This document shows positions 1-10,041 of a stretch of DNA of 64,000 nucleotides, in pieces. Source of the stretch: an uncultured Chloroflexia bacterium (lineage in GTDB: Bacteria > Chloroflexota > Limnocylindria > QHBO01); NCBI GenBank assembly GCA_963814375.1, contig CAWFCQ010000008.1:64001-128000 (forward strand). The letters run 5' to 3'. How positions within the stretch are numbered: position 1 is the first letter of the stretch; each line of letters opens with the position of its first letter. The notes under the pieces are model-generated. The model made no database searches, was not told where the DNA came from, and saw nothing but the letters and a program-made list of their open reading frames with translations. A program made the translations under genes and the position numbers.

Positions 1-458
1 CCCGGCACACCGATGCCGACGCCCCACAGCGGCCCGGGTGCCGCGGCCAGCATCTCCGCGAAGTGCGCCTCGACAAGGCCGAGGATCGGCTCCGGCCCGT
101 CGGCGATCTCTGCCGGCTCTGCCCGATGAGCGAGGATCGTTCCGGCCAGATCGGTGAGCGCAACGTCAACGCTCGTGGCCCCCAGGTCGGCAACCAAGAG
201 GCGACCGGCCGATGCATTGAGGACGAGGCGTCGGGGAGGCCGCCCGCCACCGCTCGGAGCGGTGACGTCGTCGGTGATCAGGCCACGCTCCACGAGCTCA
301 CCGACGCGCTGCGCGACGACCGCGCGACCCAGGCCGGTGCGATGGGCGACCTCGGTGCGCGACAGGCCGTCGGAGTGCCTGACGGCGTCGAGCACCGCGA
401 TGAGGGCATCGAGTGCCTCATCCGGAAGAGTCACCGGCCGATCGGGCGGGTTTGCCAC
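1..458 (-). CDS. ROK family transcriptional regulator (runs off window edge)
   Basis: Manual translation gives an N-terminal HTH (LSRTEVAHRTGLGRAVVAQRVGELVERGLI), GGRPP, LVADLGATS and WGVGIGVPG; GTG start at 458. Confidence 0.85.
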   Translation of the reverse strand, partial: MANPPDRPVTLPDEALDALIAVLDAVRHSDGLSRTEVAHRTGLGRAVVAQRVGELVERGLITDDVTAPSGGGRPPRRLVLNASAGRLLVADLGATSVDVALTDLAGTILAHRAEPAEIADGPEPILGLVEAHFAEMLAAAPGPLWGVGIGVP

Positions 459-591
459 GCGCCGAGCATACTTCGGACTGTCAAGGGCCAAAGTGAGCGG
501 TTGAGCGGTCAATCATTCTCTTCTGCAACTCCGAGGCATCCGGATGCGTCGTAGTGGTCGTACCGATAGCGACCGGGGGAGGAGCAGACTC

Positions 592-723
592 ATGGCAAAG
601 CTCAATCATCAGAAACGGCACCGGCCACGGCCGGTCGCGACACGACGCCGTCGCGCGACGGTGCAGCGCACGCAGGAGCAGCGCAGCCGACGCGACCTGG
701 AGCGCTGGCGCAAGTCCTCCTGA
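592..723 (+). CDS. 43-aa Arg-rich small protein (below ORF-track cutoff)
   Basis: GGAGGAG RBS, ATG at 592, MAKLNHQKRHRPRPVATRRRRATVQRTQEQRSRRDLERWRKSS*, followed by a terminator. Confidence 0.55.
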   Translation: MAKLNHQKRHRPRPVATRRRRATVQRTQEQRSRRDLERWRKSS

Positions 724-750
724 CGTCCACCCACAACAACCACCGATCAC

Positions 751-783
751 CGACCCGGCCCTTGGGGCCGGGTCGTTTGCTTT
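751..783 (+). terminator. Rho-independent terminator
   Basis: CGACCCGGCCC-TTG-GGGCCGGGTCG stem followed by TTTGCTTT. Confidence 0.75.
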
Positions 784-800
784 GGTAGACTCGCGCCCCG

Positions 801-1952
801 ATGGACTTTGCCCTCTCGCCGCAGCATGAAGAGATCCGCCGCACCGTGCGCGAGTTCGCCGAACGGCGCATCGCACCGGTCGCGGACGAGCTCGAGCGGA
901 AGGGCGAGTTCCCGATGGAGATCATCCGCGAGGCGGCCGCGCTCGGGCTGCTCGGGGTGCCGTATCCGGAGGAGATCGGCGGAACCGGCCTGGACTCGCT
1001 CGCCTATGCCATCACCGTCGAGGAGCTCAGCCGCGTCAGCGGATCGGTCGGGATCATCGTCAGCGCGCACACCAGCCTGGGCTGCAACCCGATCTGGCTC
1101 GCCGGGACCGATGAGCAGAAGGAGCGCTACCTCCGCCCCATGGCGTCCGGCGAGGTCATCGGCGCGTACGGCTTGACGGAACCCGATGCCGGCAGCGACT
1201 CGCGCGGCACCCGGACGCGAGCCCGCCGCGACGGCGACTCATGGGTCCTCGACGGCAGCAAGCGCTTCATCACCAACGCGGGCGTGGCGGGAACCTACGT
1301 CGTGACGGCGGTGACCGACCGCGAGCAGGAGAGCGGCAAGATCAGCGCCTTCATCGTCGAGGCCGACACGCCCGGGTTCAGCATCGGCCGCATGGAGGAG
1401 AAGATGGGCCTCCATGCCAGCAACACCGGTGAGCTGCTCTTCGATGGCTGCCGGATCCCGGCCGACAACCTGCTCGGCGCCGAAGGGGAGGGGGACAAGC
1501 TCTTCCTCAAGACGCTCGACGGCGGTCGCATCGGCATCGCGTCGATGGCACTCGGGCTGGCGCAGGCCGCGTACGAGGCGGCATCGGCCTACGCGAAGGA
1601 GCGCAAGCAATTCGGGCGGCCGATCGGCTCATTCCAGGGCGTGGCCTTCATGGTGGCCGACATGGCCATGACCATCGATGCGGCGCGGCTGCTCACCTAC
1701 CGCGCGGCGTGGCTCAAGGACTGCGGCAAGCCGTATGGCACCGAGGCGGCGATGGCCAAGCTCTTCGCCAGCGAGGTCGCGCGCGACGTCACCAACGACG
1801 CGATCCAGGTGCACGGCGGCTATGGCTACATCACCGAGTACAAGGTCGAGCGCTACCTGCGCGACGCGAAGCTCACCGAGATCGGGGAGGGCACGAGCCA
1901 GATCCAGCGCCTGGTGATCGCGCGAGACCTTCTGGGCATCCGCGCGATGTAA
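801..1952 (+). CDS. Acyl-CoA dehydrogenase
   Basis: YGLTEPDAGSD, GSKRFITN, AIQVHGGYGY, EIGEGTSQIQR. Confidence 0.95.
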   Translation: MDFALSPQHEEIRRTVREFAERRIAPVADELERKGEFPMEIIREAAALGLLGVPYPEEIGGTGLDSLAYAITVEELSRVSGSVGIIVSAHTSLGCNPIWLAGTDEQKERYLRPMASGEVIGAYGLTEPDAGSDSRGTRTRARRDGDSWVLDGSKRFITNAGVAGTYVVTAVTDREQESGKISAFIVEADTPGFSIGRMEEKMGLHASNTGELLFDGCRIPADNLLGAEGEGDKLFLKTLDGGRIGIASMALGLAQAAYEAASAYAKERKQFGRPIGSFQGVAFMVADMAMTIDAARLLTYRAAWLKDCGKPYGTEAAMAKLFASEVARDVTNDAIQVHGGYGYITEYKVERYLRDAKLTEIGEGTSQIQRLVIARDLLGIRAM

Positions 1953-2009
1953 GGGAGTCGTTCCTGCTAGGCTCCGCCTTCAGCACGACCCCACGAGGAC
2001 AGCCCTTCC

Positions 2010-2601
2010 ATGAGCAGCCGCATCGACGAGCTGGACGCCATCGTCCGCCAGTTCGACCTCAACGAGCATCCCTTCTACACCGAGTGGCGCGCCGGCACGC
2101 TGCCAGTCGAGCGCCTCGCCGACTACGCGGACGAATGGGCGCCGTTCATCGGCGCGGTCGACGCAGGCTGGGAGCGCATCGGCTATCCGGACTACGCCGC
2201 CGAGGAGCGCGAGCACGACTCGTCTCTGGGCGCGCTTCCGAGCGGCGCTCGGCGCGACCTCCGAGATGCGCCGGCCGCAGTCGAGGACGCTGCTCGCTGT
2301 GGGTGACAACGCATTCGCATCGGTGCCGGAGGCGCTCGGGGCGCTCTACAGCTTCGAGGTCCAGCAGCCGAAGACGGCGACATCCAAGCTCGACGGCCTG
2401 CGGGAGCACTATGCCGGCACGGTCGACGCCGATGCCCAGCAGTACTTCGTGGAGCACGCGGTCGAGACCGATGAGCCGGCGATGCTGGCGGCCATGATCG
2501 ACACGCTCTCGGACGGCGAGTTCGCGCGAGCGAAGACGGCCTGCGCCATCTTCAGTGCCGCGGCGTGGGGCGCCCTCGACGGGGTCTACTACACCGACTG
2601 A
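2010..2601 (+). CDS. Heme-oxygenase-like diiron enzyme, CADD/PqqC/TenA family (frameshift near 2220-2270)
   Basis: ORFs 2010-2306 and 2266-2601 join: HPFY, EEREH, ALYSFEVQQP, SKLDGLREHY, YFVEH. Confidence 0.7.
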
Positions 2602-2607
2602 CGCGGC

Positions 2608-2997
2608 CTAGCCGCGGCGGTTGCTGAACTCGACCGACCAGCGCCAGGCGGAGCCGTCCTCCTCGTTCCACCATGCGGTGAGGATGCCCGCCTCGCCGCC
2701 GGGCAGGATGACGACCGTGCCAAGGTCGGCCTCGGTCGGCCATCGGTCCTCGCGCTTGACCGCGTCGCCCTCGAGCGCAAGCCGGGTCATCGGGAGGTAG
2801 CCGCCCGACCGCGAGAGGGCCTCGCCTCGGGCGATGACCTGATCGTCACCCTGGCGAACCGTTACCGAGACACGCCGTGGCAGTGCATGGGCCCAGACGA
2901 CCTCGGCCGGATCGATGCGGGCGCGGGCGATGGGCAGGCCGGTGGCACCCGCGCTCGGGTACCACAGCTCCCAGGTATGGACGTGATCGAATGCCAT
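2608..2997 (-). CDS. Hypothetical protein
   Basis: 129-aa ORF with protein-like composition; TAACCT 6 nt before ATG. Confidence 0.65.
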   Translation of the reverse strand: MAFDHVHTWELWYPSAGATGLPIARARIDPAEVVWAHALPRRVSVTVRQGDDQVIARGEALSRSGGYLPMTRLALEGDAVKREDRWPTEADLGTVVILPGGEAGILTAWWNEEDGSAWRWSVEFSNRRG

Positions 2998-3001
2998 CGC
3001 T

Positions 3002-4980
3002 TCAGGTTACTCGCGCGTTGTCGGTGTGGCGCCGACGTGCGAGCTCGACGAACGCGTCCAGCGAGGTCGGATCGGCGAGCGCGCCCTGCGCTGCCGCGAC
3101 CTCGGCTGACGTGCCGGTGAGGATCCGCTTCACGGGGATCTCGAGCTTCTTGCCGGTCAGGGTGCGCGGGATGACAGGGACGGCGATGACCTCGTCCGGC
3201 ACGTGGCGCGGCGAGAGTGTCGTGCGCAGCTCGCTGACGAGGCGCTTGCGCAGGTCATCGGTCAGCTCGGTGCCCTCGCGCAGCGCGAGGAAGAGCAGCA
3301 AGTCGGTCATCGGCGTCCAGGTGGACGACCAGTGAGTCCGCCACCTCGGGCAGCCCTTCGACGACCGCGTAGAACTCGGCGGTCCCGATGCGGACGCCGC
3401 CGCGGTTGAGGGTCGCATCGGAGCGCCCGCTGATGACGCACGAGCCTCGGTCGCTGAAGGTGATCCAGTCACCGTGGCGCCATACGCCGGGCCATTCGTC
3501 GAAGTACGCCTCGCGGTAGCGCGCGCCATCGGGGTCGTTCCAGAAGCCGACCGGCATGGACGGCATCGGTCGCGTCACCACCAGCTCTCCCTGCTCGCCG
3601 ACGAGCGCCTCGCCAGTCGGGGAGTAGGCCTCGACGGCGCAGCCGAGGTGGCGGCAGCTGATCTCGCCCTCCCAGACCGGCACGAGTGGCGAGGCGCCGA
3701 CGAAGGCGGTGCACACATCGGTGCCGCCGGAGACGGATTGGAGATGGACCGATGGGCTGATCGCCTCGTAGACGTATCGAAACCCCTCGGCCGGGAGCGG
3801 CGCGCCGGTGCTGCCGATGCCCCGGATGGTCGACAGGTCCGCGATGTCGCCCGGTCGGAGCCCTTCCTTGCGGCACGCCATCAGGTACGGCGCGGATGTG
3901 CCGAAGTAGGTGACACCCTCATCCGCTGAGAGGCGCCACAGTGCCGAGAGGTCCGGGTGGGCCGGCGATCCGTCGTACAGCACGATGGTGGAGTCGACGA
4001 GCAGGCCACCGACGAGGTAGTTCCACATCATCCAGCCGGTGGTGCTGAACCAGAAGAACCGGTCCGCGGTGCCGAGATCATGGTGCAGGGCGTGGATTTT
4101 GAGGTGCTCGAGCAGGATGCCGCCGTGCCCATGGATGATCGGCTTCGGGAGGCCCGTCGTCCCGGAGCTGTACAGCACGAACAGCGGGTGGTCGAACGCG
4201 ACCTGGTCGAACGACCAGGTCGGCGCGCTCGGCGCGCAGGTCGCTCCAGGTGAGCGAGTCCGGAATTCGCTCGGGATCCGGCCGCAGGTAGGGGAGCACG
4301 ACGGTCGCGGCCAGGGTCGGCAGCGCTTCGCGGATCGCGGCGATCTCCTCGGCTCGATCTACCTCGCGCTCCCCGTAGCGATAGCCGTCGATGGTGAGCA
4401 GCACCCTTGGCTCGATCTGGCTCCAGCGATCGACGACGGAGCGAGTGCCAAACTCGGGAGCGCAGCTCGACCAGATCGCCCCGAGCGAAGCCGTCGCGAG
4501 GAGGCCGATGGCGGCCTCCGGCACATTGGGCAGGTACGCGGCTACGCGATCACCGCGGCCGACACCGAGCCGCACCAGGCCGGCCCGGACGCGCGCGACC
4601 TCGTCACGCAGCTCGGCCGCCGTCAGCGACACCGGCTCGCGCGTCTGCGACCGCGCGACGATCACCGTCTCGTCGTCGGCGCGCTGCGCGAGGCGCAGGC
4701 AGTGCTCCGCCCAGTTGAGCCTGGCGTCCGGGAACCAGCGCGCGCCCGGCATGCGTGGGTCGGCCATCGCCGGCCCCGGTTCGGTCCTGGAGCGCACGTC
4801 GAAGTGGTCCCAGATCGATTGCCAGAACGCGCCGACGTCGGTGATCGACCAGCGGTGAAGGGCCTCGTAGTCATCGAAGCGCAGCCCGCGCTCGTCGGAG
4901 AGCCAGCGGAGGTAGGCGCCGATGCGGGTTCGCTCGCGGACATCGGGCGACGGCGACCACAGCACGGGCGGCGGGGGCAT
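3002..4980 (-). CDS. Acetoacetate--CoA ligase (frameshifts near 4210 and 3310)
   Basis: Three overlapping ORFs give WFPDARLNWAE, YSSGTTGLPK, SGGTDVCTAF, GRSDATLNRGGVRIG, TGKKLEIPVK. Confidence 0.9.
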
Positions 4981-5023
4981 GGCGGCGATGATGCCAGAGT
5001 CCGGCGCTACCATGGCCGCCCCG

Positions 5024-7111
5024 ATGCTCGCCGCCGTGCTCGCGCTCCTCATCGCCACCAGTCCGACGGCGGCGCCGCCCGCCCCGGAGGCGGTCGCGGC
5101 CGTGCCCGACGAGCCGGGCGCCTTCTTCCTGCCCGAGGCGCCGACCTACCAGGCGGTTGCCGCCGACCTGGATGGGGACGGCGCCCGAGACCTCATCCGC
5201 CTCGTCCGCGCGCCGCGCGGGGCGATCCTGGCCGAGGCCTGGACGGAGGCCGACTCCGACTGGGCCCTGCTCGACACTGTGCTGGCCGTCCCGGAGATGC
5301 CATCCGGTGGCGTGGCCGAGGTGCTCTATGCCGGCGCGCCGGTGCGCCTCATCGTTCGGCGCGTCGGAGACCGGGAACGAGTGTCGCTCGTACGGCAGCC
5401 GCGCTTCCAGGAGCCCGGGTTCGACACCGGATGCTGTCTCCTCATCCACGACATGGCATTGGAACGAGGTGAGCTCCTCCTCCGCACGGCCGCGGACGCG
5501 GTCGACAGCGCCACCGACCTGGTGGCCATCGACCTCGACGGGGACGGCACCGACGAGATCGTGACATCGCGCCCGATTCCGCCGCTCGACGACATCGAGA
5601 TCTCGGTCGAGATGAGCGTCATGCGCTGGCTCGGCGATCGGTTCGGGCCGCCCGTGGCGACGCGGTTGCCGCTTCCGCCGAGCCTTGGCCTCTTCTCCCT
5701 CGGGGACAGCGATGGAGCGCCGGGGGACGAGATCGGCCTGCTGGGCGAAACGCTGGTGCGCGTCGCCAGCGGGGTCGGCGACAGCCTCCGTGCCGAGGAT
5801 TCGGGGCTGTCGGCGTCCGAGGCCATCGCCGTGCCGCTGGGCGGAGGACGTGGCATCGCGCTGATAGCTGCTGGCGTCACGGTCCACGTCTGGCCCCCGC
5901 GCGAGCCTCCGGGCGCGGCAATCGGCGTGGCGTCGATCCGGAGCGCGCGCCTGCTTGGCCTCGTCGCCGAGGAAGGGGCGACCTACCTGCTGGTGCACCA
6001 GTCGCCCACGCTGGCGCTGCATCGGCTCCGCCTACCCGACCTGTCGCCGCTCGGTGGCGTGTCAGTCGTGCGCAGCGAGGCGGCTGCGGCGCTGGATGGC
6101 GGACCGATCGAGGCCTATGTCGGTGCGCTGCCGGGAGCGCCCGAGCCCGAAGCCGGCGCTCTCTTCGCCGGACGGCTCGTGCCATCGGCCGATGCTTCTC
6201 CGCCCGGCATGCCGCAGTCGCCGGCAGAGGTCGCGACCCTCGCGGCGACGCGCCCGATCGGCCTCGTCGGCACGGGCGGCCGGTGGCTGGCGCTGATGCA
6301 TGGACCCTTTGGTTTCGGGACCGTCGGACCCCACGGCGGGCCGCTCGACGCGCCGAGCGTGCAGCCGGGCTCCGGGGTCAGCCTGGCGCCGATGGCTGCC
6401 TGGCTCGAGCCGGAGGCGGATGCCGCCGCCTTCGAGCCGCCGATTTCGGCGACTCATCAGCTCGATGAGCTCGGAACCATCGCCGTCGACAGCCGCGGCC
6501 TCGTGGCGCGCATCAGCGCGCCGCCCGGTTCGCGCGTGTACGTGGCCGATGCCGATCCATCGGTACCGCGATCCGTTCGCCTGGTGCCGTCGACGGGCGT
6601 CGTCGACGTGGCGATGGTGCCGCCGGACGACGCGGCCGGCAGCGGCAGGGCGCGGATGCGGCTGGCCGTCGTGACCGCCGCCGGGCATGCCTATTCGGCC
6701 GGGTGGGGCGTGCGCGTCCTCGCGGGGCCGCCAGCACTCGAGGCCTCCGTCGCCACGGCCATCGGATCACCCGATGTCATCGTTTCCGGGACGACCGTGC
6801 CGTACGCCGCCGTCAACGTCGCGGGGCGGCCCGTGGCGGTCGACGACCACGGACGCTTCGAGGCGCGCGTGCCGCTGCCGCCATGGCCGACGGACGTCCA
6901 CGTCGCAGCCGTCGATCCGGTGGGCAACCAGGCGACGGTGGCGCTGAGCGGGGTCGGCATCCTCGACTATCGCGGCCTGCCGTGGATCCCACTGGCGGTG
7001 CTGATGGTGGGACTGGCCGCCGCTGTGCTCGTCATTCGCGTGCCCCACCTGCGGGCCGAGCCACAGCGGGTGTCCGACGACGCGATCCTGGAGGAGCTCG
7101 AACCCGACTGA
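5024..7111 (+). CDS. Secreted, C-terminally anchored protein with FG-GAP-like DxDGDG repeats and an Ig-like domain
   Basis: Signal peptide, ADLDGDGARDL and IDLDGDGTDEI motifs, C-terminal TM; start uncertain. Confidence 0.7.
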   Translation: MLAAVLALLIATSPTAAPPAPEAVAAVPDEPGAFFLPEAPTYQAVAADLDGDGARDLIRLVRAPRGAILAEAWTEADSDWALLDTVLAVPEMPSGGVAEVLYAGAPVRLIVRRVGDRERVSLVRQPRFQEPGFDTGCCLLIHDMALERGELLLRTAADAVDSATDLVAIDLDGDGTDEIVTSRPIPPLDDIEISVEMSVMRWLGDRFGPPVATRLPLPPSLGLFSLGDSDGAPGDEIGLLGETLVRVASGVGDSLRAEDSGLSASEAIAVPLGGGRGIALIAAGVTVHVWPPREPPGAAIGVASIRSARLLGLVAEEGATYLLVHQSPTLALHRLRLPDLSPLGGVSVVRSEAAAALDGGPIEAYVGALPGAPEPEAGALFAGRLVPSADASPPGMPQSPAEVATLAATRPIGLVGTGGRWLALMHGPFGFGTVGPHGGPLDAPSVQPGSGVSLAPMAAWLEPEADAAAFEPPISATHQLDELGTIAVDSRGLVARISAPPGSRVYVADADPSVPRSVRLVPSTGVVDVAMVPPDDAAGSGRARMRLAVVTAAGHAYSAGWGVRVLAGPPALEASVATAIGSPDVIVSGTTVPYAAVNVAGRPVAVDDHGRFEARVPLPPWPTDVHVAAVDPVGNQATVALSGVGILDYRGLPWIPLAVLMVGLAAAVLVIRVPHLRAEPQRVSDDAILEELEPD

Positions 7112-7116
7112 GACCG

Positions 7117-10041
7117 TCAGCCGCCTCGGCGACGACGCGCGAGCCTCTCGGCAAGGGTCTCGCTGGAAGGCGCCGGCTCCGGCACCGCCGGGGCAGCCGG
7201 CTGGATGGCAGTCGCCGACCGAGGTGCAGGAGCGGCGCGTCGCGCAGCGCCATCGTCTCGTGGCTCCGTTGCCTGGTCGCTGACGGGTGCGCGCTCGGCC
7301 CGGCGCGCGCTGCGTGCCTTCGCCGCACGCAGCTCTGCCAGTCCCGCGACCGCCTCCGGCTCGCCGCGGCCGAGGCCGAGGCGACCTGCGGCCCAGGAGC
7401 GTGCCCGCCCGAGGTCGGCCCGAGCGAGGGCAACGCGGCGCACGCCGACATCCAGCGGCACGAGAACGATCGCGAGCAGCAGGAGCCATGGCCAGATCGG
7501 CGTCGGGAAGGCGTCGGCGGCGATGTCGTGACGCCACACGGCCGTGGTGGCTTCCTCGCCCGCAAGAGGCAGAACCTGGCCGCCGCCGGCGCCGGCCCAG
7601 CTGGACAGTGCATCGGCGTCGACACCGAGACGCCGGAACTCCTCGGCGGCGGGGGAGACGATGCCAAGCGTGCGGCTCGCCGCATCGGTGCCGCTCTCGT
7701 CCTCGAACGTCTGCGCCACCCTCACGAGGTAGGCACCCGGATCGTCGGCCCGCACGGTTCCTGCATAGCGGCCGGGACCGACCTGCTCGAGGACGGTCTG
7801 CGTCGGCTCGAGATCCGGCGAGACGAGGCGCAGCAGGCTGCGGTAGAAGTTCCGTGGCGCGCCGTCGTCGTCGAACGAGCTGACCTCGACGTCCAGCTCC
7901 CCGCCCTCGGCCGGCGTGAACCGCACGTCGATGCCCTCGCTGTCGGCGGGCGGCAGCGTCCACGCCACGAGCTGCGCGGTCAACGTGCCGAACTCGGGCG
8001 TTCCGATCCACGGCGTGGCCCACTGCTGGCGAGCATCGGAGGTCCAGGCCACGGCGCGGCCCAGCCCGTACTGCCACTGAGCGAGGAGCGGATCCTCGCG
8101 ACCGGTGAGCAGGGCCACGGTGGCCGAGCCCTTGGCGGTGGTCGCGTTGTAGCCGAAGAGGTCGGGAAGGCGACCGGCATCGAGCCCGTCGAGGATCTCC
8201 GAGGACGCCGACGGGATCGGCTGAAACGTCTCCTCCACGACCTGCTCCCCGGCGGTTCGGATCGTCTCGCGCAGGAAGATGTCCGGGATCGTGGTGGCGT
8301 CCGCGGCGTCGTAGTAGCGGCCGCCGGACTGCTCCGCCAGGCGGCGCAGGATGCCCGCCGACCCGCCGCCGGTGCCGATGGTCGAGAGGGTGATGCCAGC
8401 GGCCCGCATGTCGTCGAGCAGCTCGTCATACGCGCCGTGCGTCGACCAGCCATCGGTGATGAGGATGATGTGGCGCAGGGTGGCCGGGTTGTTCACCAGG
8501 TCGTCGTAGGCGGCCTTGAGGCCGGCGAAGATGTTCGTGTTGCCGTCGGCGGCAAAGCCGAGGCCGTTGCCGAGCGCCCCGAAGTCGATCGGCGCGGTGC
8601 GGACCGCCCAGTGCGCACCCTGGTCAAATGCCACCACGCCGAGCTGATCGGTGGGCGCCAGCGCCTCGGCCGCCCGAAGGATCGCCTCCTTCGCGATGTC
8701 GACCTTCTCGAACCCGCGCTGCCCCGACGGGTTGGCGGTGTCGCGCGAATCTCCGGTGCAGTGGCAGTCGGCCATGCTCCCCGACTTGTCGACCACGGCC
8801 ACCATCGCCACGTCCGGGGAGCGCTCTCGGTCGCGCACCGTCATGTAGACCGGCAGAGTCTCCTCGAGCGGCGTGTCGAGGTAGCCACCGGCGCCGTAGC
8901 TCTCGCGGCCGCCGAGCATGACGAGCCCCTTGCCGAGGTCGCGGACGTACACCTGGAGGGCGGCCATGGTCGTCGCCCCCAATGCGTCCGCGGCGACGTT
9001 GTCCAGCACGACGCTGTCGTAGCCCGCCAGCGTGGCGAGCGACGACGGCACGCCACCGGAGGCGACGACGGTGACCTCCAGGTCGCCCTCACCCAACGAC
9101 GCGATGAGGTCCGCCGCCCGCGCGGCGTCGTCCGTCGCGACGAGCACCTGGGGCGGGCCGGTCACGAGGACGTACGCATCGGCGGCGTTGTTCTCGCTGA
9201 AGCGATCGTCGTCCGGCTCGATCACCGCGCGGAAGACGTGGAAGCCGGCCGCATCCGCGGTCACCGACAGCGGGATGGTCGTGATGCCGGGCTCGAGCTC
9301 GAGCCCGCGCGTGGCGACCGTCTCGCCATCGGCCAGCAGCCGCAGCGTTGCACTGGTCGTGATCGTCGAGCGCAGACGGACGAGCAGGTCGACCGTCTCG
9401 CCCACACGGGCCCCGGGCGGCGCATCGATCCCGTCGACGAGCACCTCGGCAGCCGATTCGTCCGCAGGGGAGACGACGTCGAGCCGGATTCCACGTGCCG
9501 CGGCGGCGGCGATGGCATCCTCCGCCTCGCCGCCCGTGTCGTTTCCGTCCGACAGAAGGACCATGCGCTGCTGAGCTCCGGCCGGGAAGATTGCGGCCGC
9601 CAGCCGCACCGCGGCGGCGACATCGGTCGCGCCGGCCACCGGCACCGATGCCGGCTCGGCCAGCTCGCCCAGCTCGGACGGCAGCCGATCGACCAGCGCG
9701 TTGCCGCCGAAGACGACGACGCCCGCTGTATCGCCCTCGGGCTTCTCCCGCACGGCCGCCTGCGCCCAGTCGACGAGCTCCTCACTGCTGGCGTCGAGCA
9801 TCGAGGCCGATGCGTCGAGCAGGAAGACGACGCTCAGCCGATCCGATGGCAATGCCAGGCGCATCCCCGCCAGCGAGAGGATCAGGCAGGCGGCGAGGAC
9901 GAGGCGGATGACGAGCGAGGCGATCCGACGCCCCAACGGCAGGGTCCGCGAGGCCGCCATCCATCCGACGACCACGATCAAAGCCACCGGCAGCGTCAGC
10001 CACAGCCAGACCGGATCGGCGAAGCCGAACGGAAACGTCAT
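7117..10041 (-). CDS. Membrane protein with two VWA domains and a glutamine-amidotransferase-like domain
   Basis: DASAS and DKSGS MIDAS motifs, LLSDGNDT, GLVMLGG..SYGAGGY, WQYGLGRAVAWTSD. Confidence 0.85.
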   Translation of the reverse strand: MTFPFGFADPVWLWLTLPVALIVVVGWMAASRTLPLGRRIASLVIRLVLAACLILSLAGMRLALPSDRLSVVFLLDASASMLDASSEELVDWAQAAVREKPEGDTAGVVVFGGNALVDRLPSELGELAEPASVPVAGATDVAAAVRLAAAIFPAGAQQRMVLLSDGNDTGGEAEDAIAAAAARGIRLDVVSPADESAAEVLVDGIDAPPGARVGETVDLLVRLRSTITTSATLRLLADGETVATRGLELEPGITTIPLSVTADAAGFHVFRAVIEPDDDRFSENNAADAYVLVTGPPQVLVATDDAARAADLIASLGEGDLEVTVVASGGVPSSLATLAGYDSVVLDNVAADALGATTMAALQVYVRDLGKGLVMLGGRESYGAGGYLDTPLEETLPVYMTVRDRERSPDVAMVAVVDKSGSMADCHCTGDSRDTANPSGQRGFEKVDIAKEAILRAAEALAPTDQLGVVAFDQGAHWAVRTAPIDFGALGNGLGFAADGNTNIFAGLKAAYDDLVNNPATLRHIILITDGWSTHGAYDELLDDMRAAGITLSTIGTGGGSAGILRRLAEQSGGRYYDAADATTIPDIFLRETIRTAGEQVVEETFQPIPSASSEILDGLDAGRLPDLFGYNATTAKGSATVALLTGREDPLLAQWQYGLGRAVAWTSDARQQWATPWIGTPEFGTLTAQLVAWTLPPADSEGIDVRFTPAEGGELDVEVSSFDDDGAPRNFYRSLLRLVSPDLEPTQTVLEQVGPGRYAGTVRADDPGAYLVRVAQTFEDESGTDAASRTLGIVSPAAEEFRRLGVDADALSSWAGAGGGQVLPLAGEEATTAVWRHDIAADAFPTPIWPWLLLLAIVLVPLDVGVRRVALARADLGRARSWAAGRLGLGRGEPEAVAGLAELRAAKARSARRAERAPVSDQATEPRDDGAARRAAPAPRSATAIQPAAPAVPEPAPSSETLAERLARRRRGG

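Noticed and set aside
3002-4980. Programmed frameshifting or pseudogene status for the CoA ligase and other split genes
   Set aside because: No obvious slippery sites; indels are window-wide, so sequencing error is more likely
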